From Hypanus sabinus (taxonomy: Eukaryota), in NCBI RefSeq assembly GCF_030144855.1, contig NC_082709.1, forward strand, positions 33,108,001-33,172,000: a DNA stretch of 64,000 nt, in the 5' to 3' direction. The position numbers and the translations under genes were made by a program. The notes beneath the pieces are model-generated. The model ran no database searches, was not told the origin of the DNA, and was given only the letters and a program-made list of their open reading frames with translations. This document shows positions 12,385 through 26,462 of this stretch, one piece after another (position 1 is the first letter of the stretch; every line of letters starts with the position of its first letter).

Positions 12385-12615
12385 GAAATCATGGCAATAT
12401 TAGGACCAGTCAGTATGGTCCTATAAGTGTGACAAATCTGTGTCTCACAAATCTGATCAAGTGGTGAAGCTGACTGATGAGGGGAGGGAAGAGAATGTCA
12501 TCTACACAGACCTTAGTAAAGCATTTGGCAAGATCCCTCCTGGGAGACTGATTCAGAAGATTAAGTCACATGGTAAGCTTATAAGTTGGTTTGGTCATAG
12601 ATAACATAGGGTAGT
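12385..12615 (+). mobile_element. CR1 RT fragment between the two Gypsy elements
   Basis: Decayed SQYG...CLTNLI...DLSKAFGKIP motifs. Confidence 0.7.
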
Positions 12616-15590
12616 TGTTACCTTTTGTAACATTCAATTAATCGAAAGAAAAGTATGGTGCTGAGATAACAAGAACGTATATTTCTTAGTTTCATTTTTA
12701 CTTTAGTAAAGTGCCCACTTATGACATGGTGGTGCAATGAAGTATGCTATTCACGTACTTTTATATATAACCCATAATGAATTATGTAAATAACAAAGAA
12801 TGCTGAATTAAACAATATCTTTCCAATATTACTCAAATATTACTGTAATTTTAAATACACAACACTCCTCACTGCTTAGCTATAAACATTAATTCAATAT
12901 TGAGTGCTTCTCAACTTATATATATATATTTACAGTATGCACTCTATATACAGCATTCTTTATAATACAACTACTATATAGATATCCACAGCACAGTAAA
13001 TTTTGAACTGTCCTATTCAGGCCTAAAGATTTAATTGCTGTGGATGAGTTCTTACTGTTGTGGGCTAACGTGTTTCCTGACAAAGTGGGGGGTCACTGTG
13101 CTTGGCAGGTGTGACAGATGACTGTGAAACAATCTTGGGTTCTGGGGCCTCATCTATGATGGTTGTAGAAGTTGACTCTGGGGCTGCAGGTAGTGGTTTT
13201 GACAGTCCTGGACATCTTCTGTTCTCAACATCTCGATGTCTCATCTCCAGATGACATCAGGCAAAATTCCCACTGTGTATGAGAGAGGTCCAACTCTATC
13301 CTTAATCTTTCCAAGTACCCATTTTGATCACTTTTGTAGCCCCTTGCCAGCACTGCTTGTCCAGTTGTGAAACATTGAACCTCGTTGTTCAAGGAGCACT
13401 TAATCTGTCTCATCTGTTTGTCTTGTGTACGAATTCTGAGATGGGCTTTGAGGAGATCTAAGTGTGACCACAAGGGACGACCAAGGACAGCATAGCTGGT
13501 GAGTTGTTGGCTGTGCAGTGTGCTGAATGGTGATATGCAAGGAGGAATTTAGCGAGATTCTGATTCAGTGTTAGTGTAGTGCACTCTGCTGACAGTGCTA
13601 GCAGTGTGTTCTTTAGACTCTGGATCTGGATGGTACAGTGCAAATGTAATCTGTCTTATTACATTCATTTTTAGGAATGAATGAAACTGTTCCACAGCAA
13701 ACTTTGGACCACTGTCACTGACTAAGTGTTCTGGAACACCAGTCCTGGAGAAGAGGCTTCTCGATAGGTCAACAGTGTGCAAACTGTGTTGGAGGCGATT
13801 GGGAACACTTCCAGCCACTTTGTAGCTGCATCCACTACTACCAAAGTTGTTCCCATGAACGTTCTGGCAAAATCCATGTGAATCCTCTGCAAGGACACCA
13901 TAGGCCAATGCCGAGGATGGAGAGGCACTGCTCTTTGCACCTTCTGGACATGTCGGCATCCCAAACAGAGCATGGCAAGCTGCTTGATCTGCTGATCTAT
14001 CCGAGGCCACCAGACAAAGCTTCGAACCAACACCATCACTTTGACCACACTTAGGTCACAGGCATGTAGCTACTCCTGTAACTTATTCCCAGCTTGGATG
14101 ATATAACAATTCTCAAACCCCATGTAAGGTGACCACCGACAAGAGAAAACCCATCCCAGTGCTGGTAAAAATAGGGGAACTGGAATTTCTGCTGCATGTC
14201 CCAGCCATTTTGAGTTGCTGTGTAGAACTCACACAGTGTGGGTTTTTTTTCTGGTTTCCCTTTGGATTATCTCTGCCGTAATAGGAGAATTATGGAGAAT
14301 ACATCAAGGAGCGTTCTCATTTGTAAATTTTTCAGATATTTCCTTTCTCAAGGGTAAATGGGCCAATCCATCTGAACTTCCAGGAGTAGTTGTCCTTTTG
14401 AATTTCATATCCTCCAAGAAACAGAGCCCACAATTGCATTTGTGCTGCTGCTGTTAGTGGAATACCCTTCTGTGGATTGAAAATAGACACTAATGGTTGA
14501 TGATCAATAATAAGGGTTAACTCTCACCCATACAGGTATTGGTTGGAAGATTTTACACTCCAAACCAAACAAAAGGCCTCCCTGTTAATTTGTCTGTAAT
14601 TTTTCTCTGTCTTACATGACATATTTGAGTTTTCCAATGCCATCCTTGAACACTGCTGTGGCATCATCCAGTATCTTTCTTAATTCGCTTTCAGCTGAAT
14701 CTATTGCAGAGGATATGGCATACAAGTGGTGGATGGGTCTCTTATCACATTGTAGTTGTCTTAGCCTCTCATGGCTCCACAATGCTGGCCTTTCTGTTTC
14801 TACCACATAAAACCCCATTGCGGCTTGTTGGTTGTTACGCTTCACTGCTGTGAATGGCATACCCACAGGAATGACCTTTTCTCCAATATAAGTTCTTAGT
14901 TGGCTATCTGCAGGTTTTACCTCAGTTTATTTGAAATACCATTCAAACTCATTTTGTGGAATAACTGAAACAGCTGAGCCGGTGTCCAATTCCATTTTAA
15001 TTAATGCACTGTCCACTTCTGATGTAAACCTTATTGCCTGTCTATTGTTAATTTACACATGTAAATCTCAAGGCTACCTAGTCCTGTGTCACTGTCATCA
15101 TTTTCAGGTTTTTCATCAATTACATGCAGATTAGCGCTCTTTTTGAAACTGAAACTTAACTTTTTATCACTTTCTCTTCCCAGTACAGTCCATTTCTTTT
15201 TGTCTGCCCCAAATGTGTCCTATTTTGTTGCATTTTCTAGCAAGTTTCACCTTTAAACCTCCATTGGCCAGTAACAATAACACAATTTGTTCAGCCAGGC
15301 AGGCTGCCATCTAGACATTACAATTTTGTTCACATTCACCTTCATCCATGACTGCAGCTCAATTGATTCTCTGCTGTTTCCATTGATACAGCAATTTCAG
15401 CTGCTCTTTTAAACGTGGGTTGTCTTTGAGTTAGGAGCTGTTTTTGAATGTTTTCTTGTAAGATTCCACAAACAAAATGATATCTGAATGCATCATTGAG
15501 ACCATCACTAAACTGACAACGCTCAGACAGTCTTTTAAATTCAGCCATGCATGCTGAATTCCTTCTGATTCCACTTAGGAAATCTAAAGA
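12616..15590 (-). mobile_element. Second, older Gypsy element (Mag/K02A2.6-like): 5'-truncated, RT deleted, one LTR at 12616-12864
   Basis: Gag LSERCQFSDGLNDAFRYHFVCGI, protease region (DTGSAVSVI), RNase H remnant and integrase (RSFVWWPRID, RIHMDFA, VPEHLVSDSGPKF). Purine tract AAGCAGTGAGGAG, then TGTTG...TAACA. Confidence 0.85.
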
Positions 15591-15604
15591 GTTCGGCAAT
15601 CATG

Positions 15605-17540
15605 AATGGTTTTGGTTGTAAATGTTCCAGTCAGATGTATCAGTATCACAGCACAGTAAAGGGGCTTACAAAGGCATGATAAAGGAGCTGGGCAACATTG
15701 ATTGGAAGGGAACACTAGCAGGGATGATGGCAGAACAGCAATGGCTGGAGTTTCTGGGGGCAATTTGGAAGGCACAGGCTAGATACATCACAAAGATGAA
15801 GAAGTATTCTTATGGGAGGATGAGGCAACCTTGGTTGACAAGGGAAGCCAAAGATAGCACAAAAACAAAAGAGAAGCCATTTAATATAACAAAAATTAGT
15901 GGGAAGTTAGAGGATATGAAAGGTTTTTTTCACATATATAAAGAATAAAAGAGAAGGAAGAGTGCATACTGGACCATTGGAAAATGAAGCTGGAGAGGTA
16001 GTAACTGGGGATAAAGAAATGGCAGATGAACTGCATAAGTATTTTGTGACAGTGAAGGCACTAGTAATAATCTTTCAAGAATCACAAGAATCTGGAATGG
16101 TTTCAGAGGAATGGAAAATTGCAAATGCCACTCCACTCCTTATGAAGGGGGAGAGGCAGAAGAAAGGAAATGTCAGTTAGCCTAACGTCAGTAGTTGGAA
16201 AGATGTTGGAGTCCATTACTAAGGATGAGGTTTCTGGATACTTGCAGGCACATGATAAAATAGGTCAAAGTCAGCATGGTTTCCTTAAGGGGAAAATCTT
16301 GCCTAACATTTCTGCTGGAATTCTTTGAGGGAATACAAAGCAGGGTAGATAAAGAAGAATTGGTGGATTTTGTGTACTTCTCTTATGCTTCAGAGATCTT
16401 TGACAAGATTCTGCACATGAAGCTGCTTAACAAGATAAGAACCCATGGTATTGCAGGAAAGATACTTGCATGGATAAAAGATTGGCTGACTGGCAGGAGG
16501 CAACAATGGGAAATAAAATGGGCATTTTCTGATTAGCTGGTGGTGAATAATGGTTTTCTGCAGGAGTCGCTGTTGAGGCTGCTTCTCTTCTCATTATACA
16601 TTAATGATTTGGATGGTGGAGTTGAAAGCTTTGGTTTCATGCTTGCAGACAATATGAAACTAGGTGGAGGACAGGTAGTTTCGAGCAAGCAGGAGTCTGA
16701 TGAAGGACTCTACTGATTAGGAGAATGGGCAAAGAGGCAGCAGATGGAATTTAGTGTAGGGAAGTATGCACTTTGGTAAAAGGAATAAAGGTGTAGACCA
16801 TTTTCTAAAAGGAGAGAAAACTCAAAAATCATAAGTGCAAAGGGACTTGGGGACTTGTGCAAGATTCTATAAAGGTGAACTTGCCAGTTGAGTCAGTGGT
16901 AAGGAAAGCAAATGCAATGTTAGCATTCCTTTTGACAGGACTAAAATATTAAGAACAAGAATGTAATCCTGAGGCTTTATAAGGTATTGGCCAGACTGCA
17001 CTTGGAGTATTGTGAGCAGTTTTGAGCCTCTTATCTAGGAAAATATATGCTGGCATTGGAGGTCTATGGCAATGATTCCAGGAATGAAGGGTTAATGTAT
17101 GAGGAGGGTTTGATAGCTTTGGGCCTGTAATTGCTGGAGTTTAGAAGAATGAGGGGGAATCTCATTGACACCTATTGAATATTGAAAGGCCTAGATAGAG
17201 TGGATGTGGAGAGGATGTTTCCTGTAGTGGCAGAGTCTTGGATCAGATGGCACAGCCTCAAACTACAAGGACAACCCCTTAGAACAAAGATGAGGAAGAA
17301 TTTCTTTATCCAGAGAGTGGAGAATCTGTGGAATTCGTTATCACAAACAGCTGTGGAGGCCAAGTCACTGGGTATGTATAAAGTAAAGAGTGATAGGTTA
17401 TTGATTAGAAAGGAGTCAAAGGTTATGGGGAGAAGGCAGGACAATGGGTTTAAGAGGGATAATTAATCAGCCATGATGGAATGGTGGACCAGCCTTGATG
17501 GGGTGAATGGCCTAATTCTGCTCCTATGCCTTATGATCTT
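15605..17540 (+). mobile_element. CR1 LINE, 5'-truncated and degraded
   Basis: QPWLTRE, WKIANATPL, GKSCLT, DRVDVERMFP, KNFFIQRVENLWNSL and CR1 tail. Confidence 0.9.
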
Positions 17541-17541
17541 T

Positions 17542-17675
17542 GGGATGAGGGAGGAAACTGAAGTACCCCGAGGAAATCCACAAGGCCATAGTGAGAATGT
17601 ACAAACTCCTTACAGACATTGGTGGATTTGAACTCAACTCACTGGTGCTGTATACTACATTAAACATGCCAGCCA
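17542..17675 (-). mobile_element. tRNA-derived V-SINE (HE1-like) fragment
   Basis: GGGAGGAAAC...GAGGAAATCCAC...ACAAACTCCTTACAGAC V-domain and an antisense B-box (GAGTTCAAATCC). Confidence 0.7.
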
Positions 17676-18451
17676 GGTCTCATTTTTGAAGCAGTAGCTA
17701 AATTTCAAGTTCAAACATATAACATTTTATCAAAAATCAAACTATCCTTTTAAGTTAGTCAAAGCTTTATGATTCAAAGAATCTGATGATGGATGGGAAT
17801 ATCACGGAGTAATAAAGGAGGCAATTAAACTCATGGGTTACACCAAGCAAAAATAACAAAGTAGGAAATCATGACACCAACGTCTCTCCTGAAGCTCTCT
17901 GGAAGAATGTGGGATGATTGGAGAGTTAGGGTATCAAAGGGAGTCCAGGAGCAAACTTGCAAACAAAATGGAGAAATCAGTTCACCTATTTTGACTGTGG
18001 TATTTACAAAATGAATGTGAATGTAGCATCACAAACCCGAGGAAGCTGCATTGATAGCAAATAGTACAGCAACACCTTTCATTTTGTGGGTAACTGTACT
18101 TCACTCTATTTGGTACAATCTTATGAATATCAAATATTATATCAGTATTATTACAATCTTTCTCAGAAATCTACACCGATGTCTATTTTCCATATTGACT
18201 GACGCAAATGAAAACATAGCTCATATCCTGCTGCTTCTGAGAACTGTTACCAACTCTGTACAGAAATTCAATTCGCAGATCAAATTTCATTCGGTATGCA
18301 AACAAAAAAAGATTATATCTTAATCTTTGAGCTTAAGTGAGATCATCAGCATCCAATCAGAAGATGCTGGTCAGTCAAGTTTGAAAAGCAGGCACTTTCA
18401 ACATTACTCCAAATAACAATTGATACACTTTCCTAAAGTATTACTACCTAA

Positions 18452-18762
18452 TCAGTGAGTGGAGTTACCATTCCATGGTGGTCCATGTTGAATCAGAGTC
18501 TTTGCTGGATCAGCATCATGTTGCCAACTTGCAGAATCACAACTGGTGGTGTAGAGATGTTTTTGCAGAATAGGGTTGTTGGTAGATGTTGAAAGCTGGC
18601 AAGCTTGGTTTACAAGAGACTTGAATGGAGAGATGTTACTTTCCTGGATCTCTTCATCATTTCCCACACTTACATTATCATCTGCTGCCAATAGATTTTC
18701 ATTGCTGTTCTCATGGTGGTCATCATGCTCATTTTGTTCTTTACCTAGTCTTGTTTTCTCTT
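18452..18762 (-). CDS. PDE1A: Probable last coding exon of PDE1A: (E)EKTRLGKEQNEHDDHHENSNE...HGPPWNGNSTH*
   Basis: Pyrimidine tract tattttacttttctttctttt, then gacag|AA. Phase-1 join with the previous exon gives GAA. Open for 102 further codons in non-repeat DNA up to TGA. The sequence is low-complexity, so homology support is weak. Confidence 0.7.
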
Positions 18763-19764
18763 CTGTCATTTGCAATTTTTTTAAAAGAAAGAAAAGTAAA
18801 ATATTTCAGGTGATAATTAAGAAACATTGATCTCATAACTCGTGAGTTACCATTTTTAGGATTAAAGCAAAATCGAACCCCACATGCACTGACTGGGCTG
18901 TTGCGTTCTAAACAAATGCCACCAATAAATTAATTTCAGAAAAAATATCTAGCCTTAGATCTAACCTTATTCATCGTCTTTGAAAAAATGTTGATAACTT
19001 ATTGGGATATTAATTCAAAAATACTAGTCATCTTCTAGTATCTCACTTATTTAGCCAATAGTCATGAAAGCTTCTTAAACATGATCATAGAGCATAGTGA
19101 CTAAGGTCATTTCCAGTGCTCACTCAATTATCCTTGCATTAGTATTTCTTAGAGGAGTCACTGACAATTAGGAGCAGGATTCCCTGGGCAACATTTCCTT
19201 ATAAATACTCCTTCTTCTGAGATGGGTGAGATGCTATGTAGGGCTATGACTCAGAACTTGACGGGGTAGACTTCTCAACTTTTTGAAGGATGTATTGTTC
19301 TTCTCATTTGCTTTAGTGCTGGGTGAAGATTATCGCTGAGGTGTATGTGAGTTGATCATTAGCATGGATTTAAATATCAATCAGTCATAGATCATCTAAG
19401 TATAGATAATAACTGATAAGACCTGTCCCTAAATAAAATTTCTCAAAGGAATCTTTGATGGGATGAGACAGGGTTGCTTCAGGGTAAACTGTAGAAGTCA
19501 GCTGGTTGATGGGTTACTGAGATCAATTGGGAAGATCTAGGATGAACAAAAACTATAAGGTGAATGTAGTTAGTGAAAATTATATTTGTTGCAGACAACA
19601 CCAATGTACTTCCTGGTTTTTCAGTTCTAATATAAACTGATAGCCTGTCAGGAAGCTGATCATTCAGTAGCCCCAAATTCAACCAGTTACATTTTCAGTG
19701 TTTTGACAGGAATCATGGATACGTCTGGCATTTACAGATTGAACATTGTGCAAAAAGAGAAAGT

Positions 19765-20035
19765 TGAAAATCAGCTTTATTTGTCATGCACATGGAAATA
19801 TAATGTTTACCTGTGTCAAATCAAATCAGCAAGGATTGTGCTGGGCAGTCCACAAGTGTTGCCACACTTCTAGCATCAACATAGCATGCTCGCTAACGCT
19901 AACATTACACCTTTGGAATATGAGAGGAAACCAAAGCACCCAGAGGAAACCCACGTGGACACAGGCAAAACGTACTAACTCCTTACAGGAGAGGTGGGAC
20001 TTGACCCGACTCATGTTTCCTTACACTCTGCCTCA
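19765..20035 (-). mobile_element. V-SINE copy
   Basis: Same V-domain (GGAAACCAAAGCACCCAGAGGAAACCCAC) with a TTTATTTGTCA tail. Confidence 0.7.
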
Positions 20036-20999
20036 GTTTTGATTCTCTGCTACTCTGTGTACCTCTCTTTACCTTTGATGAAGTTACTATCAGAAGGTAA
20101 GAACTCAAGTTTATCTTGATCTAAGGGTTCATGTAGCAGTGTTTGGTTACTATTATCATGATACAAACAGCTGAGAAATGGCTCCACATACAGACGACCA
20201 ATCACAAAAATCTTACACTGACTGTTAGTGAAGACAAATTAAGGAATTTCACAATATGGGAGGAAATTAGTATACAGATTCTGAGCAAAAAAAATCTAAT
20301 TATTTGGAGCAATTTTTAAATGGCACCTCTGTCACATTACACATAAGTCTTCTCACCACTACAATACTAATCCCTAGGAAATGCCAACCCGATAGCCGAC
20401 GATATATGAATGTCGGGGCATCAGCTCTAAGACAGCTGACAGCATTATTCAAAAAGTTAATCAGGAGATTATTACCTGCTTTAGATTTGTAAGACTAGGT
20501 AGGGCAATACTGGGCAGAGCATTTACAGCATATAATCCCTCTTCGTCTTCTGGGTCTACAGGAGTCTATCTACAGGAAGTAGAGTGAACCTAAAAAAGTT
20601 GTTTGATTTTGTACTTCGTTAATTTTAAAGCCTCTCCTGTGTTAATCTTTCTGAAGGTCACAGAGCTTATTGTTACATATCTCCTGTTTGTCTCCTATCC
20701 CAGTTTAGGATGTTGTATGTATATTATATCCTGATACCGAAAATGTCATCTTTTGTGAAATAGCAGCATCTACTATTCAGAAGCTATTGATTACTATAGT
20801 AATAAAGGAAACTATTTAGAAAGCCTGTGCATGCTGGAGCATCTCATGGTGAATCAGGAATTTGTGTTGTTTCTGCTTTTATTTGAACCTATTAAGTGGT
20901 GCCTTTGTGACAACTTTACATCAGATAGAAGATGGAAGTAGAATATTTCATTCTCCATATGTTCTTTCTAGCATTTTGAGTCAACAATAGTGTGTGCTA

Positions 21000-21190
21000 G
21001 ATGAAATAAAGCAAAACATAAAGTACTGGAAGTTGTCTTTAAGTCAGGCAACATCTGTGAAAAAAGAAGAACCAATTACCGTTAATTTGGTTGATCTGAA
21101 ATATTGTCTGTTTTTCCCTCTCACCAGACGCTACCTGACTTTCTAAATACTTATAGCAATCTCTGTTTACTTTTATTTTATTTTGCTTTT
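21000..21190. repeat. Inverted pair of old Penelope-like terminal fragments
   Basis: AAGTCAGGCAACATCTG mirrored by CAGACGCTACCTGACTT. Confidence 0.5.
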
Positions 21191-21711
21191 GTATTACTGT
21201 GCCTTATTTTCTTAGTCTCAACCTACTCAAGTACTGCATCATTATGAAATTTTCAGTTCGCTTTCAATCCATTCTGCAACCTGCCAGTGAAATCTAGTGC
21301 TGGAGATTTGAAACATCTGCTCAATGTGAATGTTTGTATCATCTGCAAACTTCTTTATCACTTCCAGTTTGTTTCAGTTCCAATCAGTAATAAAAGTAGC
21401 AAAAAGAAATTGATGAAGTTCTGAGCATTGTAGAATTCCATTGGTGTTATCTGTTCGTTCACAAGGACAAACATGAATTATCACCTCTGCTTCCTGTCCT
21501 TGAAGCAATTGTAGGTTTCAGATTTGTTGTTTCAACCAGTGGTTTACTAGGAGAATACAACTCTAGCTTAAACCTTTCACAATTAGTACTACTTTGTCCT
21601 GATTTGAACTTTTTTTAATCAGACCTGGTTTTTAATTTCAAAATATTAGTTAATGTCAGTCTAAGAATGTATCCTGTAAGTTAATGACAGGAGCAAATTC
21701 TGTGCTGAAAG

Positions 21712-23145
21712 TTTGGAGGCATTTGTAATTATCTTTGAAGAATCACCAGATTCTGGCATGGCTCTGGAGGACTGGAAAATTGCAAATGTCATTCCACTCT
21801 TCAAGAAGGAAGGGAGGCATAAGAAAGGAAATTATAGGCCAGTTAGTCTGACCTCAGTGGCTGGGATAATGTTGGAGTCGATTGTTAAGTGGGCACGTGA
21901 TAAAATAGGCCAAAGTCAGCATGATTTCCTTAAGGGAAAATCTTGCTTGACAAATCTATTGGAATTCTTTGAGGAAATAACAAGCAGGATAGACGAAGGA
22001 GAATCGGTGGGTGTTCCGTACTTGGATTTTCAGAAGGCCTTTGACAAGATGCTGCACAGGAGGCTGCTTCACAAGCTATGATTCAATGAGATTCCAGGAA
22101 AGATACTGGCATGGATAAAGGATTCATTGCTTGACAAGAGGCAAAGAGTGGAAATAAAGGGAGAATTTGCCGATAGGCTGCTGGTGACAACTGTTGTTCC
22201 ACAGGGGCCTGTGTTAGAACTGCTTCTGTTTACGGTGTCAATGATTTGGATGATGGAATTGTTGGCTTTGTTGCTAAGTTTGCAGATGATTCAAATATAG
22301 GTGGAGGAGTAGGGAAGCCAGATTTGGAGAATGGGCAAAGAAGTGGGAGATGGAATACAGTGTCGGAAAGTGTATGGTTACACACTTTGATAGAAGGAAC
22401 AAAAGCATAGACTATTTTCTAAACAGGCAGAAAATTCAAGAATCTGAGGAGCAAAGGGGACTTGGGAGACATTGTGCAGGATCCCTTAAAAGTTAACTTG
22501 CAGGTTGAGTCTGTAGTGAGGAAGGCAAATGCAATATTAGCATTCACTACAAGATGACTTGAATATAAAAGCAAGGATGTAATGCTGAGGCTTTATTGGT
22601 GAGGCTTCACTTGGATTATTGTGAGTAGTTTTGGGCCCTTTATCTATGAAAGGATGTGCTGACATTGGAGAGGTTCAGAAGTGGTTCAAGAGAAGTTTTT
22701 AATGGCTTTGGGCCTACCTTCACTGGAATTTAGAAGAATATGGGGGTTCCTCTTTGAAATCTATCGAATGTTGAAAGGCCTAAATAGAGTGGATGAGGAG
22801 AAGATGTTTCCTTTAGTGAGGGAGATAAGCACCAGAGGGCACAGACTCAGATTACAAGGACATCTCTTTAGAACAGAGATAAGGAGGAATTTCTTTAGCC
22901 AGAGGGTGACAAGTCTGTGGAATTCATTACCACAGGTGGCTGTGGAGGCCAAATCGTTGGATGTACAAGTATTTGAAGCAGAATTTGGTAGGTTCTTGAA
23001 TAGTCAGGGCATGAAATGTTACAGGAAAAAGGCAGGAGAGTGGTGCTGAGAAGGAAAATACATCAACCAGGTTGAAATAATGAAGCAGACTGAAAGAGCG
23101 GAATGCTCTCTCTCTTATTGTTCCTATCTCTTATGATCTTATGCT
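21712..23145 (+). mobile_element. CR1 LINE RT-to-3' fragment
   Basis: DWKIANVIPLFKK, NYRPVSLTS, YLDFQKAFDK, KFADD, RNFFSQRV and tail. Confidence 0.92.
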
Positions 23146-24099
23146 TTGGGAACTTAATGGTTAAACTTTATCACATCCTGTATACTAATTACACACAATC
23201 ATTAATTGTGAGAAATTTTGCATCAACTAGTTAAAGATTAAACTTACTTACGTCTTCACATCATCAAAGCACATGACTGAAGTGTTATTCCTGGAAAATT
23301 GAGCAATGGTCTTGATGGCTCATTACAAAGCTAATCTTTATCTGGTGATCAGGGCCAAGGAAATCAAAATCAACCAACATATCAGGATCTACCGAAGCAT
23401 TAAATTCAAATTCCACAAAAATAAAAATTTATAGTGCTGCTTTCAAAACACTTTGCACCCAAAGTACAAAATATTTTTGCCCTTTGCATCCAGGTACATA
23501 TCTTTGTAATTGTACCTGGATGCAAAGTCTTTGTAATGATTAACAAACTACTTCATTCTTCAATGAAGACAGTCTGTAACTACTGGCATTACAAAACAAA
23601 ATGTATATACAACTGTAAAGTAGTGGCTTTTTTATTAAATCTACTTTATATATAAGAATAAGTAGATATTCTGCAGAGTACTGTGCTGTGTGGATAGGAA
23701 AGGTTGTACATTTGATGTCTGACCTTTATCTTAGCTAATGACAGTGAAGATGATGTTTGTGTTAGAACCATTGATTTAATGTAGGTGAATGCAGTTCTTG
23801 ATCAGAATCTGGACAGCAGGCAATAGCAAATCATCTGTTCAGTTTACACACTGCTCAGTTTACCTTATTATTTACTTTATTGAAAAGGAAAATCAAGAAG
23901 TCAAAATGATAATTTGCTGCTGCTCACTGAGAGTTACTGCTGATTTCTGAGTCAGATTAGAAGCAAAGAGCCAGGCTTTTCATTTATAATGATGATCAAG
24001 TGAACCTTGCAAATTAGATTTTCTAACCAAGCTTAGGTATAGATAGAAATGGGATTAATTTCATAATTGTGAAAGCTTCAATGATTATGTCTTCTAGGA

Positions 24100-25420
24100 T
24101 TTAACACCTCAGGTCCCATTAACCATTAGAAGTGAGGTTGACAATATACCCTATATCTCACACTCTCAAAGAATTCTCATAGATTAGTCAAAGCTAACTT
24201 TCTCTTCACAAGCTCATGCTGACTATACTTAATCTTCTTATTATTTTCTACAGTTATCACCTATTCAGCCTTCACCATAGATTGCAGCGTTTTTCAACTA
24301 TGAGATTAGAGTACAATCAATGGTTATCTGCATTTTGTCTTGCTCTTCTTTTAGACAGTGGAGTCACACTTACTGATCTCTCAAGTATTCAAACTATAGT
24401 AGAATCCAAAGAATTTTCCAAGGTGATCAACTCTTTCAGAACTCTGGGATGCAGATCATAGGGTTATTGGGATTTATCAGCTTTCAAGCTCAGCAATTTT
24501 TTTGTACTTTTCCTAATACTAATAGCCTTTTGGTTCCACATCAGGCTATATCTTTGGTTCTGTATTATTTCTGGCAGGGTTTTGTGTTTCCTTACATGGA
24601 CGGACACACACACTTATATTTAATTTTCTGCCATTCTTGTCTTCCCTATTATGAATTCTCTTATCTCTGTCCATTTTAGCCTTTTTTACAGAACTTACTC
24701 TCGCTAGACTTCTCCATTTCAAAATATCAGTAGAAGCTCTTTCTCATTTCCTAAGTTATAAAACATTCCCCGTTCCTAGGTCCACTTCTATTTCTGGCCA
24801 CTTTATAAGTTCTGTCTTATGATTCAATACTATCTTTAATTTTTCCTGCCAAACATACTTGGGCTATTCTTCCTGCTGAGCATTATATATATTTTTTGCA
24901 ACTCATATGGTTTACTTAAAAACTAACCACTGTTCCTCCTTTGAATATCATTAAATACAGTCCCCCTATCAGTCATTTGTCCCCTACATGTTTTTATTTT
25001 TGTTTAGCTTTAAAATGATTATTGAACTTTATCACTTCCAAGCTCAATGTAAAGCACTATCATGTTATGGCCACTTTTCCTAAGTTTTATTTAAAACATT
25101 ATTAATTGACTCTCTCTCTCTCTCTCTCTCACTACACAATGCAACATCTAAAATAGCCTTTTTTCTATAGTTGTTTGTACAATATATCAACCTAGAGAAA
25201 ACATCTTAGATGCATTTCATGAGTTTCTCCACCAGTTTGACATGGGTTACTGTTACTGCTATATTGTACTCATATTGGATCCTCCAACATTGCATCCAGT
25301 ACTTGGCAGTATTTAAATAATTATAACCATTATTTGGCAGGGAATAACTAACTTCCACCAGTGCCCTCTGCCTGTTGCTGTCTCTAACTTCACTCAAACT
25401 GATTCTAATTCTGCATCGTG
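24100..25420 (-). mobile_element. Highly degraded CR1 LINE
   Basis: Weak antisense similarity to CR1 ORF2 segments seen elsewhere in the window. Confidence 0.45.
25110..25130 (+). repeat. (CT)n microsatellite
   Basis: ctctctctctctctctctctc read directly. Confidence 0.9.
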
Positions 25421-25919
25421 ATCTGCTGAGTGGAACTTTCTTGAAGTTTTGTGTAAAATTCTGAGTGCCCTATTACAGGAACAATGCGAGAACTTTGGAA
25501 AAGGTAATAAAGAGATTTACAATGATTCTGTTTGGATTAGAGGGCATGAACTACCATGTGTAGCTACCATGTGTATCAGTGTCCAAATGGAAATTCTGTT
25601 TGTGAAGGGGACTGAATCAGGAGATTCTTACCCTTACTGCTTTTCTACTGGTCTTACTGATATTTACCCATTCCCTCTCTGCTACTACTGCTGCTTCCAT
25701 TCTGAAACCCTGAGTTAAAGCTGCTGAAGTTGGAAACACTTCACGTATGTGGTTGTGTAGGTCATGGGAGTGTTCACAACTTCCCACATGTAACAGGACA
25801 CAGGATGCTCACTGCACTCAGCTGAACTACATTCACATTCCTTACCTTTATGGCTTATAACATGAAGATCAGAAATTAGACACTAGATATATTCACCAGC
25901 TAATTAGCAAAGAGAAATC

Positions 25920-26245
25920 AGATTAAAGATTTGAGTTATTTGTAGTCTGTACAGAAAACATTGAAACATGCAGTGAAATGCATAGTTTGCATCCAATCAA
26001 ATCTGTGAAGGTTGTGCTGGAGAAAGCCTGAATGTTTTGCCATGCGTTCGCCACCAACAACTTAATAACCCAAACTGTGCATCTTCAAATTGAGGGAGGA
26101 AATCAGAGAATTCAGAGGAAACCCATGCCTTCACAGGGTTAACATACAAACTCCTTATAGACAGCAGCAGGAATCAAACGCTGATCAGTGATCACTCTGT
26201 CTGTAAAGCAATTGCACTAACCACTACTCTGCTGTGCTGCTGCTG
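25920..26245 (-). mobile_element. V-SINE copy
   Basis: GGGAGGAAATCAGAG...AAACTCCTTATAGACAGC...GCACTAACCACTAC. Confidence 0.7.
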
Positions 26246-26462
26246 GACCAATCAGCTACCTGCCTTCTGCAGACATGTCTTATGGACATCATTTTTGTAC
26301 TCTGACTTTCAAACCCTTTTCTTTGACACAGTTAAGAATGACATCTTCCTAGATTACTGTGAGTTTCCTAAGTTCTGATGTTTATACGGATCTACTAATC
26401 ACTGAAGTAATTCCCAGACACATCAGAAGTTTATACCACAAGATATTAATGACCCCACACAC

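Noticed and set aside
17542-17675. tRNA gene
   Set aside because: The B-box belongs to a decayed SINE head; no cloverleaf can be formed.
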